This document shows positions 18,583 to 28,062 of a stretch of 64,000 nt of DNA, one piece after another. The notes under the pieces are model-generated. The model had not been told where the DNA came from. It worked only from the letters and a program-made list of their open reading frames with translations, and searched no databases. Positions within the stretch are counted from its first letter, which is position 1. Each line of letters opens with the position of its first letter. Made by a program: the position numbers and the translations under genes. Source of the stretch: a virus; IMG/VR virus record IMGVR_UViG_3300021378_000021, positions 3,005 through 67,004 of that record; one strand, 5' to 3'.

Positions 18583-18852
18583 TTATCCTGTGAATCCTAC
18601 TTTTAAACCTACAACTAATGCATTTGATGCTGAGATTTGATCCTGAGGACCTTTTTCAAAAAATTCAACATGGTTTTGTGGCAGTGTTACTGATGCAGTA
18701 TCTGCATATCCAGTATTAGTACTTTTTGCAATACTGACAGTTGCGACTCCACTAACACCATTAAAAACTCTAACTACGGTTGCATTATCTAAAGTAGTTG
18801 CCACATTAAGTGCAACCTCATTTCCAACACCAACTAATAAAGTTCTTGTCAT
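18583..18852 (-). CDS. Hypothetical protein in head operon (89 aa)
   Basis: Beta-rich ORF packed between the 55-aa ORF and gp21. Confidence 0.75.
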   Translation of the reverse strand: MTRTLLVGVGNEVALNVATTLDNATVVRVFNGVSGVATVSIAKSTNTGYADTASVTLPQNHVEFFEKGPQDQISASNALVVGLKVGFTG

Positions 18853-19019
18853 TATTCTTGATCCTCGGATTGTTGTTCGTCACCAAACATGGATGCGCCA
18901 ACTGTTGGACGAATAGTATTAATACGTTCTGCTGCTTTTGCATACAAAACGTCTTTAATTCTGTCACTAATATCAGATGCCGACGAATCGGATCCGACTA
19001 AATTTACAATTTCTTCCAT
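18852..19019 (-). CDS. Small prohead core protein candidate (55 aa, gp67-like position)
   Basis: Hand translation MEEIVNLVGSDSSASDISDRIKDVLYAKAAERINTIRPTVGASMFGDEQQSEDQE; late promoter at 19045-19052; absent from the ORF track. Confidence 0.8.
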   Translation of the reverse strand: MEEIVNLVGSDSSASDISDRIKDVLYAKAAERINTIRPTVGASMFGDEQQSEDQE

Positions 19020-19044
19020 GAAAATTTAATATATGTATATTTTC

Positions 19045-19052
19045 TATTTATA
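19045..19052 (-). promoter_or_regulatory. T4-type late promoter TATAAATA
   Basis: Exact motif overlapping the gp20 stop. Confidence 0.8.
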
Positions 19053-20703
19053 TCTCGGCAGCTTTACCGTCTACTTCAGTCATTCCACCATCAATTTCGG
19101 GTTCCATCGGAACATCACCCATCATTCCTTGTTCACCTTCTTGTGGTAATGGTTCTCCAGTTATAGGATCAACAGCACTCGGATCGGGAATAATACCATC
19201 TTTGATTTCCTGTTCAATCTGCTCATCCATTTCAATCATTTCTCCATCAGTCTGACGAAGAACTTTACTACGAACCCATCTCTGCGAATAATATTTGCCG
19301 ATATATGGTTCAATAGATGCAAGAACGCCAAGTCTCTCATTCAACATTTCTGTTTCTTTGAGTTCTGCAAACTGATTATCATACAAGAAATCATATTGAA
19401 TATGATCACTAATTCTATCCCAGTCTTCTACAGAAACAATATTCTTAAGAATGAGTTGAGTCTTCAGCATATCATTGAACATCTGAGCAAATCTTTTTCT
19501 CAGACGACCAACAAACTTGGCAAACTTAAGTTCATCCCTTAAAATTTCAGAAGAACGACCAAGATTAAATCCACCATCGGCAGCAATTCTTGATTCTGGA
19601 ACACCGAGTGCTCTATAAAGTTTCTTTTGGAAATACTCAATATCAGCAAGTTCTCCTAAGTTCTGTCCACCTGGAAGAGTTGTGATTTCAGTTCCTCTAC
19701 CACCTTCTCTTCTAGGAAGCCAAAAGTCTTCCATCATACTCATAAATTTACGATCATCACGAACTTCACCCGTATTTGCATCATATACAAGTTTGTTACG
19801 ATAACGGTTCATAACGTCACGAAGATATTGTTCTGCCTTTACTTTAGGGAGATTGCCAACATCAATATAAAAAATACGACGTTCTGGTGCTCTTGATAAT
19901 CTATAGATGACCAAAGAATCCTCAATCATTCTTAGTTGATTAAGTGCTTTGATTGCTTTGTGAAGATAGGAAAGAACATTTCCTTTATTTCTATCTACAA
20001 GACCTGAAGTACAATATGTAATTGCATCCTTTGCAATTTTAGTTCCTTTATTTCCACCACCACCGGTTAGGTTTCCAGTTGGATATTGTGGTTTTGGAGT
20101 ATAAACAAAATACTCTTCAATCTCTGGGGCAATTCCATTTTTTTGTTCGTCACGACCAGGAATGTTTGGTCCAATAACATTTTTATCTTGTTTCTTTTCT
20201 TGGCGGACAAACCGCATCTTCATTGGGTCGATATACCTCAGTTCCTTAATTCCTTCCTGAGGATTTTTGAGATCGATTACCTTATGATAATAAAGTCTTC
20301 CGTCAACATACCAATTTCTAAAAATTTCGTGTGACTTCTTATCAAAATCTAAAATTTCTTTGATATACTTAAATTCTTGTCTAATTGCTTTCTTTAAATT
20401 GTCCGTAGCATTTAGATTGGATAGTTCAATTTCAATTGGAGAATCATAAAGATCACTCACAATTGCTTCATTTACAACATCTTCGATAGCACCATCCGCT
20501 TCTGGATGTAGTGACATCTCTCTGTATCTTTTTATTAGATCAAATTCTGTTCTATACTGTCCTTCAATATCTACATACGAACCATAAAATCCACTTGAAA
20601 TATAGTTATCAACCCCGTCCTCATTATTCACGGGGACGGGGGAAACTACAGATTTGGATTTCTTTTCTGTATCATCAATAGAAAAACCAAAAAGTTTTGC
20701 CAT
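19048..20703 (-). CDS. gp20: Portal vertex protein
   Basis: WYVDGRLYYHK, YRLSRAPERRIFYIDVGNLP, EDFWLPRREGGRGTEITTLPGG. Confidence 0.99.
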   Translation of the reverse strand: MAKLFGFSIDDTEKKSKSVVSPVPVNNEDGVDNYISSGFYGSYVDIEGQYRTEFDLIKRYREMSLHPEADGAIEDVVNEAIVSDLYDSPIEIELSNLNATDNLKKAIRQEFKYIKEILDFDKKSHEIFRNWYVDGRLYYHKVIDLKNPQEGIKELRYIDPMKMRFVRQEKKQDKNVIGPNIPGRDEQKNGIAPEIEEYFVYTPKPQYPTGNLTGGGGNKGTKIAKDAITYCTSGLVDRNKGNVLSYLHKAIKALNQLRMIEDSLVIYRLSRAPERRIFYIDVGNLPKVKAEQYLRDVMNRYRNKLVYDANTGEVRDDRKFMSMMEDFWLPRREGGRGTEITTLPGGQNLGELADIEYFQKKLYRALGVPESRIAADGGFNLGRSSEILRDELKFAKFVGRLRKRFAQMFNDMLKTQLILKNIVSVEDWDRISDHIQYDFLYDNQFAELKETEMLNERLGVLASIEPYIGKYYSQRWVRSKVLRQTDGEMIEMDEQIEQEIKDGIIPDPSAVDPITGEPLPQEGEQGMMGDVPMEPEIDGGMTEVDGKAAEI

Positions 20704-20736
20704 ATTATAAACTAACTTAGACTACTATTTTATTAT

Positions 20737-21333
20737 TTAGGAGATATCTTCACCACCAGATTGTAGAGTGTTTCCTTTAAATGCTTCCCAATAATGGACT
20801 TGCATTTCTACGGTAAACTCCTGAATAGTGTCAGTTGTCTCATAACTTAGGTCAATTGTAGAAATATTAGTCGGGAAAACATCCTTAAAAGTATACTTTC
20901 TAAGCACTCCACCAGCACGATCAAGTTGATGAACTTTAGCATCTACTTGATAAAGTGCAGGATCTGTTTCACCAGTTCCATTATCAAGTTTATTGATGAA
21001 GTTCATCCACTTCTCAAATGCAGATCTAATATTGAATGAAGTATCATTCATTACAGTAATAGTCCACGTTTCGAATGTTCTATCACCTGCAATTTTCAGG
21101 ATTCTTCCTCTAAAAGGAATATCGATCGGTGCTACTGTTGAAGAAGGTAGTGCTGCTGCTTTTACTAAAAATCTAGCATTGTCAAGAACTTCGTTTTCAT
21201 CTTGAAGATTCACACCTGAAGGGAACGCTAATTCCACTTCAAATAGATTAGGTCTTGCACCACCACCCTTTAATTTACTTTTAAAATCACTAATAGTTCT
21301 TAGTGGTAAAGTATTTACTTGTTGACGAGCCAT
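20737..21333 (-). CDS. gp19: Tail tube protein
   Basis: GGARPNLFEV, PFRGRILKIAGDRTFETWTITV, FPTNISTIDL. Confidence 0.96.
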   Translation of the reverse strand: MARQQVNTLPLRTISDFKSKLKGGGARPNLFEVELAFPSGVNLQDENEVLDNARFLVKAAALPSSTVAPIDIPFRGRILKIAGDRTFETWTITVMNDTSFNIRSAFEKWMNFINKLDNGTGETDPALYQVDAKVHQLDRAGGVLRKYTFKDVFPTNISTIDLSYETTDTIQEFTVEMQVHYWEAFKGNTLQSGGEDIS

Positions 21334-21352
21334 TGTTTCTTAAACCTCTAGA

Positions 21353-23530
21353 TTAAACGTTACCGATTACTTCATCAAATGAAACACCAGTTCTGGTGGC
21401 AACAAACGTAAGACCGATGAAGTTGATTGATCTTGCGGGTTTGATAAAGATTTCTGCTACAAACTCATTATTATCTATAATAGCAGCAGTGTTATTTGTC
21501 TCATCACAAATAACTACAAAGTCGAAGATTCCTCTCTTTGCCTGAACATCACGAAGGAATGGTTCGACAATATTCACAAAGTTAGTTCTTGTGATTTCAT
21601 CATTAAACTCAAAGAGTTGATCTTTTGCAGCAGCAGAGATTGCGTCCTCAAGATAGATGAACAAACGACGAACGTTAATACGATCAAATGCTGACGACTT
21701 ACCAAATCCAGTCTTATCTCCAAAGAGAACAATACCGGCACCAGGTGAGAAGATTACTGGATTGACTCTATTAGAATACAATCTATCTCTCTGTACTTTA
21801 GATGGAGTATATGCAAGTTTAACTGCATTTAGAATTCCACCACGATTTGTTCCTGCTGGTGAGAACCATGGGAAGTTGTTCGCATCATTTCTGGCACAAA
21901 GTCCTGCAATGTCTCCGTTTAGTGGAACATATCTGAAGGTATTTGCAAACCTATCAAACATATACTTGTAACCACTATCAAAGATTCCATAAGTTGATGA
22001 AGTGATAGGAGCATAGAAACTGATTACATTCTCAGTAATCGTCTCATCTGAATTGATAGTTACTGCTCTATCATCAGATGTATCAGTAATTGCTGCAGCT
22101 CTGTATGGAGAGATGAATGCAATTGCATCCTTTCTTGCTTCGGCAACCGCAATACACTTATTCGCAAGTGCTTGTGCTTCTTCCTTAATATATCCTGCAG
22201 ATCCCATAAGAATGAAATCTACATTATACTTTTCAGTATTCTCAAATAATCCGTAACCAGTAGCCAATCCATTTAGACCTGGACTTAATGCACCAGTATT
22301 TTCTATGTTACCTGCTCCATCATAATTCCAACCACCACCTAATGTGTTGTTAGAATTACCAGTTGCTCCAAAAGTAATACCTTCTGCATTTTGATTCCAA
22401 GATACATCAGTTTCAGGATCGAATCCAGTTCCACCACTAACGAATCCAGTGGTCACAATACCTGCTGGTTGTGATCCTGCAAAAATATTTGGAGAACCAT
22501 TTGCAATATACTTTCTCCAGTATGAAGGAGATCCAAGAGAGAATTCTGCATCTTTTGCTTTTGATAGTGATAGATGCTTCTCAAGAATTGTTCCAGAGTT
22601 TCCAGTGATATCTCCATCACCATCAACTACGACAACATGGACTTCATCAAATCTAGAACCTCTTGATGCTGCATATTCAGAAGTTCCTGGACGATCTGCA
22701 AGTTGATTCCACTTAACAGTCGATGAAGAAGTTAAAGTAAGTGATTGTTGATCGAACCAATCTGCCTGTGCAGTAATTGAAGTAGTTGCATATGATACTG
22801 CTTGTCCACTAGTGTGAATTGCTACATTCCCAGTTCCGGAGAATGCATAAACACCTGATGGTTGATAATCAACTTCAGTTACAGTTCCTGCTGCAGAAAC
22901 GTGCTCAAGAACTTTTACATAAGCATCCGAACCGGCAACCTGAGTTACAATACCTTTTAAATATCCATCAAGAACTGAAGTAGTTCCTGCTCCGGGAAGT
23001 ACTGCTGAAATTGTTTGAGTAACTCCCATTCCAACAACAAGTCCTGCAGGTGCTGCAGAAAGTGTAAGAATTTGATCTGCCTTGGCATCAATAATACCAA
23101 CTCTTAAACCATTTGACCAAGAACCGGGATTTCTCGCAGCAACAACTACACCTGCAATTGGATTTTCGTTGTATCCTAGTTCTTCGTAGTGCTCAAGACT
23201 CTTAATCTTGATACTTGTGGTAGCTGCGGAAACAGCAACAAAACCGTTTTGTAGATCAGTGTCATCTGCTCTTACAACACTAAGTGCTCCACCATATGCC
23301 AGATAAGAAGAAGCAACTAACCAGTGCTCATAGTGCTTATCTGTTCCATATGGTTTTCCGAACACATCTAATAAGTCTTTCTCGCTTCCGATTACTGTAG
23401 GAAGATCGACAGGACCTTGTGCAAAAGGTGCAACAATTGCACCGATGCCACTGGAGGTTGGGTCAACCCTACCGACAGTTAAGTCTACTTCTCTTACTAC
23501 AATACCAGGAGATGCTAAATTTAGTGGCAT
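21353..23530 (-). CDS. gp18: Tail sheath protein
   Basis: LASPGIVVREVD, PWFSPAG, FDRINVRRLF, IKPARSINFI; CTAAATA late-promoter variant at 23565-23571. Confidence 0.98.
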   Translation of the reverse strand: MPLNLASPGIVVREVDLTVGRVDPTSSGIGAIVAPFAQGPVDLPTVIGSEKDLLDVFGKPYGTDKHYEHWLVASSYLAYGGALSVVRADDTDLQNGFVAVSAATTSIKIKSLEHYEELGYNENPIAGVVVAARNPGSWSNGLRVGIIDAKADQILTLSAAPAGLVVGMGVTQTISAVLPGAGTTSVLDGYLKGIVTQVAGSDAYVKVLEHVSAAGTVTEVDYQPSGVYAFSGTGNVAIHTSGQAVSYATTSITAQADWFDQQSLTLTSSSTVKWNQLADRPGTSEYAASRGSRFDEVHVVVVDGDGDITGNSGTILEKHLSLSKAKDAEFSLGSPSYWRKYIANGSPNIFAGSQPAGIVTTGFVSGGTGFDPETDVSWNQNAEGITFGATGNSNNTLGGGWNYDGAGNIENTGALSPGLNGLATGYGLFENTEKYNVDFILMGSAGYIKEEAQALANKCIAVAEARKDAIAFISPYRAAAITDTSDDRAVTINSDETITENVISFYAPITSSTYGIFDSGYKYMFDRFANTFRYVPLNGDIAGLCARNDANNFPWFSPAGTNRGGILNAVKLAYTPSKVQRDRLYSNRVNPVIFSPGAGIVLFGDKTGFGKSSAFDRINVRRLFIYLEDAISAAAKDQLFEFNDEITRTNFVNIVEPFLRDVQAKRGIFDFVVICDETNNTAAIIDNNEFVAEIFIKPARSINFIGLTFVATRTGVSFDEVIGNV

Positions 23531-23611
23531 CTTGTTTTTTCCTCGCATCCAATTTACCTAAAAATATTTAGGAAAAGGGGCATTTCTAGTGGGGAAACGA
23601 TGCGTGAATAC

Positions 23612-23833
23612 TTACCAATCAGGATATTCCCATACTAAAGTGCTTTTTCTACCTCTACTTACTCTTTTGACCGTACATTCCTTACATTCATATGAATATG
23701 CTGACGGTAATGTTTTTCTACCTTTTCGAGTCAAATAAAAATCATCTATTAAACTTTTAACTTCTCCACAAACTCTACATTTGCGATCAAAAAATAATAA
23801 ATGTTCCAATTCAATTTCATCATCAATAGACAT
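23612..23833 (-). CDS. Small zinc-finger protein (CxxC...CxxC)
   Basis: CRVC and CKEC; coupled to the TerL-C stop (TAATG). Confidence 0.75.
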   Translation of the reverse strand: MSIDDEIELEHLLFFDRKCRVCGEVKSLIDDFYLTRKGRKTLPSAYSYECKECTVKRVSRGRKSTLVWEYPDW

Positions 23834-24999
23834 TACCTATAATCCCACATATATGAACGATCTCCATATTCATCTGCATACCATCTATCTCCAGAATCAT
23901 CTACAAAAGTTGTTTCACCGTTAATTCCATCCTCAATAAATCCAAATGGAGCCATGTCCTGATCAATTTGATTTTTTTGCTCTTCATATATTCTCTTTCT
24001 TACATCATTCTCTGTCATCTCCTTAAAATATTCTTGTGCTACTAACCAGGAGAATATTACAAGACACATTGCCAAGTCATCATTACATCCTTCTTCTGCT
24101 TCAAAAGAATTTCCTTTTTGTGAAAATGTAGTTAGTTCTGATATGATTTCATAATCAGATGCAAGTAATTTATCATCTTCTATAAGAGTTTTAAGATTTG
24201 AACATCCTAATTTTTTGACTGCTGAAGTTGTACGAACTCCAAGTTGAGTTTTTTTACCAGAAAATCCTGTTCCCACTATCTGTCCATTTCTACCTCTCAT
24301 AGTTGCCATTAAAATATTCTCATATTCCAAATCATATTGAAGAATACTAGCAACTTGATCACCGATATCATTAACCTCTATCAATAGCCAGGATTGATTA
24401 TATCCTTTTGCTACATCAAATATGATATTAGGAAACAACATTGGTTTGATTTCATTGTTCCTATATTTTGCAACTACTTTATATGGAAACTCTGTGATAT
24501 CAAAAACAATAAATGCCGAATAATCATTACCAAGACCACGGGCAACATCAACCGTGATTAGATAATTATGATCCTCAATAGGATTTTCATAAACATCTAA
24601 TCCGGCATTTCTTTGTATCGGGTCTTCATATACTAAAGTTTTGAGTTTTGATGGATTGATAAGAGTATTAACAGAACCCAAGAACTCGCAGTTGTGTGAT
24701 ACTATATTGTTTGAATAGTAAAGATTGTCTTCGCCAACATCAAGTAAATCATAAAGATAAATTCCTTCTTCTACTATTTCATTATATAATACTTTCTTTT
24801 CTTGTAAAATATCATCAACTTTAATTGTTGATGCCTTAATTTTTTCTTTTCCGAAAGAATGATTATCGGAGCATTTTATTTCTGATCCGTCATCAAATAT
24901 TATCCAATGGTAAAAAGGTTTATAAACTTTTTGTATTCCTGAAAAATCTTTAAATCCATCAGGTGTTTTTACTTTAATATTTTTATTAATCTTAAACAT
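23833..24999 (-). CDS. gp17: Large terminase C-terminal fragment (nuclease domain) fused to C-intein
   Basis: First 103 aa are intein-like and end in SHN/C; remainder CEFLGS...ITVDVARG...DDLAM is the TerL RNase H-like nuclease domain. Confidence 0.93.
   Translation of the reverse strand: MFKINKNIKVKTPDGFKDFSGIQKVYKPFYHWIIFDDGSEIKCSDNHSFGKEKIKASTIKVDDILQEKKVLYNEIVEEGIYLYDLLDVGEDNLYYSNNIVSHNCEFLGSVNTLINPSKLKTLVYEDPIQRNAGLDVYENPIEDHNYLITVDVARGLGNDYSAFIVFDITEFPYKVVAKYRNNEIKPMLFPNIIFDVAKGYNQSWLLIEVNDIGDQVASILQYDLEYENILMATMRGRNGQIVGTGFSGKKTQLGVRTTSAVKKLGCSNLKTLIEDDKLLASDYEIISELTTFSQKGNSFEAEEGCNDDLAMCLVIFSWLVAQEYFKEMTENDVRKRIYEEQKNQIDQDMAPFGFIEDGINGETTFVDDSGDRWYADEYGDRSYMWDYR
24691..24999 (-). other. 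C-terminal half of atypically split intein (103 aa)
   Basis: Block B-like CSDNH, block F LYDLLDV, block G VSHN followed by Cys+1 (TGC at 24688-24690). Confidence 0.92.
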
Positions 25000-25561
25000 T
25001 TTTCCAACACTCGTTTAAAATAATCTTCTTCAATCCTTGAGGAGTTAAATTATATTCTTCGGCATATTCTCTACAAAATGCCTGAACATAAGACATTTTT
25101 TTGCCATTTTTCATAGTCATTCCAACATTCTGTAAATATGGTTTTTTATTATATAGTTTTCTTATTGTTCTTATCGTATTATCATTAATTTTTCTGCTAA
25201 AAACTCTGCCTTTTCTAGAGTTACTCATTTTCACTAAAGTTTCTTCAGAAAAGCAATTTTTAATTCCTTTGTTCCAAGGAATATTACCTTTCTTAACTCC
25301 GCCAATTCCTTTCCTTTCATAATCTCCAAAACCTTCCCCACCAGTGGACTTGTTCCATCCATTTGTAAAAGTATTAAATTTTTCTATGTAAAAAATTTCT
25401 TTTTCCTTTGCTTTTTCTGGAACATCTATTTGCTCTTTTATTTCAAAAGTGTGTGGGGGTTTATTTCTTTTATGTTCTCTTTTTCTATCATCTAAATTTT
25501 GGGTTTGTCCTACATATTTGACTTCGTTGTTTGAATCTTTAAGGAAGTATATATGATACAT
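24992..25561 (-). mobile_element. Free-standing GIY-YIG homing endonuclease with NUMOD3-like DNA-binding region
   Basis: HIY...YVGQT, Arg/Glu/Asn catalytic pattern (RKREH, KEIFYI, GWNKSTGG), IPWNKG and SEETLVKMSNSRKG repeats; inserted between the two terL halves. Confidence 0.88.
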
Positions 25562-25569
25562 TTTATTAT

Positions 25570-25577
25570 TATTTATA
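25570..25577 (-). promoter_or_regulatory. T4-type late promoter TATAAATA inside the terL insertion
   Basis: Exact motif 8 nt upstream of the endonuclease ATG. Confidence 0.75.
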
Positions 25578-25588
25578 ATCCAAAAAAC

Positions 25589-26467
25589 TCACAATCGTTC
25601 ATATAAATTTTCCATAGAAGTTTTTTGTACAATTCCATTATCATCCAAAATTTCAATCTCTGTATCACCACCCAAACATTCAAACTCAACCCGAAATTGT
25701 TGTTCAGATGTGTTTGCAATTGTTTGTTCTTTCCAAACTACATCTCTACCAGGAACTTCTGACCAATGAACTTCTGTAGGAATATATTCGTTTTTATTTC
25801 TTTCCGCATCGTGCCACATACGGTAGAAGTGATTCATACCGTGTGGTGTGGATACAATAATTACCTTTGTGCTTTTGCCAGAAGTAATAGTAGGATAAAC
25901 AGATGCAAAGAAGGAGTCAGCGACGTGATTAGGGACGAATGCGAATTCGTCGAGAAATAAGATATTGAACGACATGCCTCGGACAGCACTCGCAGATGTA
26001 GATGATGCCAATATCTTACTGCCATTTTCGAGTTCTATATTTCCTTTATTCCATACCAAAATACCTTGCTGCATCCATTTTGGTAAGTTTTCATATGCAG
26101 TTGATAATCTTGCTAACAATTCTCTGGCAGTAGATGCTTTGTTTGCCAGAATACCAATGTTTACACTGTCATTAAAAAGTGCATAATGTAAAAGATATGA
26201 TACCACAGTAGTAGACTTACCAGTCTGTCGTGGCATCTTACAAATATTGAATCTGTTATTGTGGAAATTGTGAATTAGTTTCTCTTGAAAATGATATGGA
26301 TGAAACTGTGTTAAACCTTCATCAAGAGAAACAATTTTAATATAGTTATTTGCAAAATAAACCGGATCTTGTTTACATTTCAGAAATTCAATAATTTGAT
26401 CTTCTGTAAACTCAATCGCAGTATTTGCTTTTTTTAATAATGGATTACCAAGATATACGTCACTCAT
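25589..26467 (-). CDS. gp17: Large terminase N-terminal fragment (ATPase domain) fused to N-intein
   Basis: YLGNP, HFQ adenine motif, Walker A PRQTGKST, Walker B LFLDEFAF, STPHG coupling motif; ends FRVEFE/CLGGDTEI...LYERL-stop. Confidence 0.95.
   Translation of the reverse strand: MSDVYLGNPLLKKANTAIEFTEDQIIEFLKCKQDPVYFANNYIKIVSLDEGLTQFHPYHFQEKLIHNFHNNRFNICKMPRQTGKSTTVVSYLLHYALFNDSVNIGILANKASTARELLARLSTAYENLPKWMQQGILVWNKGNIELENGSKILASSTSASAVRGMSFNILFLDEFAFVPNHVADSFFASVYPTITSGKSTKVIIVSTPHGMNHFYRMWHDAERNKNEYIPTEVHWSEVPGRDVVWKEQTIANTSEQQFRVEFECLGGDTEIEILDDNGIVQKTSMENLYERL
25592..25678 (-). other. N-terminal half of atypically split intein (29 aa)
   Basis: Block A CLGGDTEIEI followed by a short helix SMENLYERL and a stop. 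Confidence 0.9.
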
Positions 26468-26475
26468 AAAAATAA

Positions 26476-27753
26476 TTACCTTTGTTCGATCCAGTTAAGT
26501 ACTGCAAGTGCTTTCTTGTTAGTATTAGGTGAAGCACATGCTAAAGTGTATATATCACTGATTGTTCCAATACCACTTCTACCAATTTGTAGTTGTGCCT
26601 TTTCATCAATAGGAGTTAGAGCCGCACCACCAGCAATTGTAAATCCACTAAGGATAGTATTCCCACCAGTTATAGCAGTAGCACTTGTATCATATTGCAT
26701 AAAGGAGTTTGGATCTGAACCATCTGTCCAATTTGCACCAGTTAAGGTTGGGTTCTCAATTAATCTCCAATAGACATTAGTATTATCATTCGTTGCTGCT
26801 TGTAGAGATCTAATCAGAGCAACAGCACCTAACTGACTAGCTTTCAATCTGAGACTTATAATTGGATAGAATGTATTTGCTGCTGACATCGTAGTCCCTG
26901 TAATGGGATTAGCAACACTTTCAAGAATACCAAGTTTCTCTGGCTCACCTTCTTGAATTAGAGAATTAGAACCCTGATAGATGTAATGAGTTCCAGCAAC
27001 ACCAGTTACATTTTCAATCTCAACACGAATGGGTAAGAACGGAGTGGAACACCAAACAGTATCCAAAGTATTTGAGTTCTCAAATGTATGAGACGGAATT
27101 GTCTCATTTTTCATTAACCATGCAAACTCAACAATACCAGCACCATACCACTCATAGTTGATGGAAATCATCTGCTGTTTTGTTGGATCAGCAGTTACAC
27201 CAGTATATCCATTACCATCAAACTTTTCACCATTCCAATCGTCTCTGGTTACTCTTCTTTCAGTAACAATACCTGTCGTATTACTACGAATTACATAAGA
27301 ATAAGTGCCACCATCATCCTCAAAGTAAGCACCATTATTTTCATCAAATAATCCAAATCTTCTACGAATACCAACTTGTGGAGTATCAAGACGAATTGCA
27401 AATGTAAGAGTTCCACTTCTACCAGGAATGTATCTCATTACATTCTTGGTCTGACGAACTACACTACTACCAGCAGCAGAACCAACTTCCATTACTACAT
27501 TACTGGATGATGCATTAAAGGTAGCAGTTGCACCGACTCCGACTAATCTTTCATCCCATACATCAGCTTCTTTGCCATACTGAAAAGTATTGAAAAATAC
27601 TGTTTGGTATGGAGCAACTTTAAGTCTATTACTATCGGAAAAATTAGGTCTCCAATCTGTCTGGTTTCCCCAGTGATCTGCAATATTATATACCTCAAAG
27701 AGACTTCTCTCTTGATTTAGAAAGTCTTGAGTAGTCTTATTCCACTGTGCCAT
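26476..27753 (-). CDS. Putative virion structural protein (425 aa, beta-rich)
   Basis: Within the late operon; YIPGRS and YEWYGAG motifs; Gly/Thr-rich. Confidence 0.65.
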   Translation of the reverse strand: MAQWNKTTQDFLNQERSLFEVYNIADHWGNQTDWRPNFSDSNRLKVAPYQTVFFNTFQYGKEADVWDERLVGVGATATFNASSSNVVMEVGSAAGSSVVRQTKNVMRYIPGRSGTLTFAIRLDTPQVGIRRRFGLFDENNGAYFEDDGGTYSYVIRSNTTGIVTERRVTRDDWNGEKFDGNGYTGVTADPTKQQMISINYEWYGAGIVEFAWLMKNETIPSHTFENSNTLDTVWCSTPFLPIRVEIENVTGVAGTHYIYQGSNSLIQEGEPEKLGILESVANPITGTTMSAANTFYPIISLRLKASQLGAVALIRSLQAATNDNTNVYWRLIENPTLTGANWTDGSDPNSFMQYDTSATAITGGNTILSGFTIAGGAALTPIDEKAQLQIGRSGIGTISDIYTLACASPNTNKKALAVLNWIEQR

Positions 27754-28061
27754 TAGTCACTCCACGATAATCTTTCAGGTTGATACCTTTGAGAATTTTT
27801 AATCCTTGAAGTATTTACCTCACCCGGATATACATTATGTACCATTGCTCCGGGATATTCTCCTTGAATTTGTTCGGCAAGTTCTTTATTAGAAAGCATT
27901 TTGCCTTCTACTTCTAAACGATACATCTTACCTTCCCACACTACATCGGCAAAGTAAGACTCTGATGCTTGTTCTGGTTCGGAACCTCCTACATTGAGAG
28001 TTCCATTAAAATCACCATTAATAGTGATGCTTTCTGAAAGAAATTGTTTAAAGTTTTTCAT
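27753..28061 (-). CDS. Hypothetical protein with capsid-targeting-like N-terminus
   Basis: MKNFKQFLSE resembles the T4 internal-protein leader (MKTYQEFIAE). Confidence 0.7.
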   Translation of the reverse strand: MKNFKQFLSESITINGDFNGTLNVGGSEPEQASESYFADVVWEGKMYRLEVEGKMLSNKELAEQIQGEYPGAMVHNVYPGEVNTSRIKNSQRYQPERLSWSD

Positions 28062-28062
28062 A

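Noticed and set aside
24992-25588. Group I intron or frameshifted pseudogene as the explanation for the broken terL
   Set aside because: Only 27 nt of non-coding sequence lie in the insert, too little for an intron core, and both fragments carry intact intein blocks with correct junction residues
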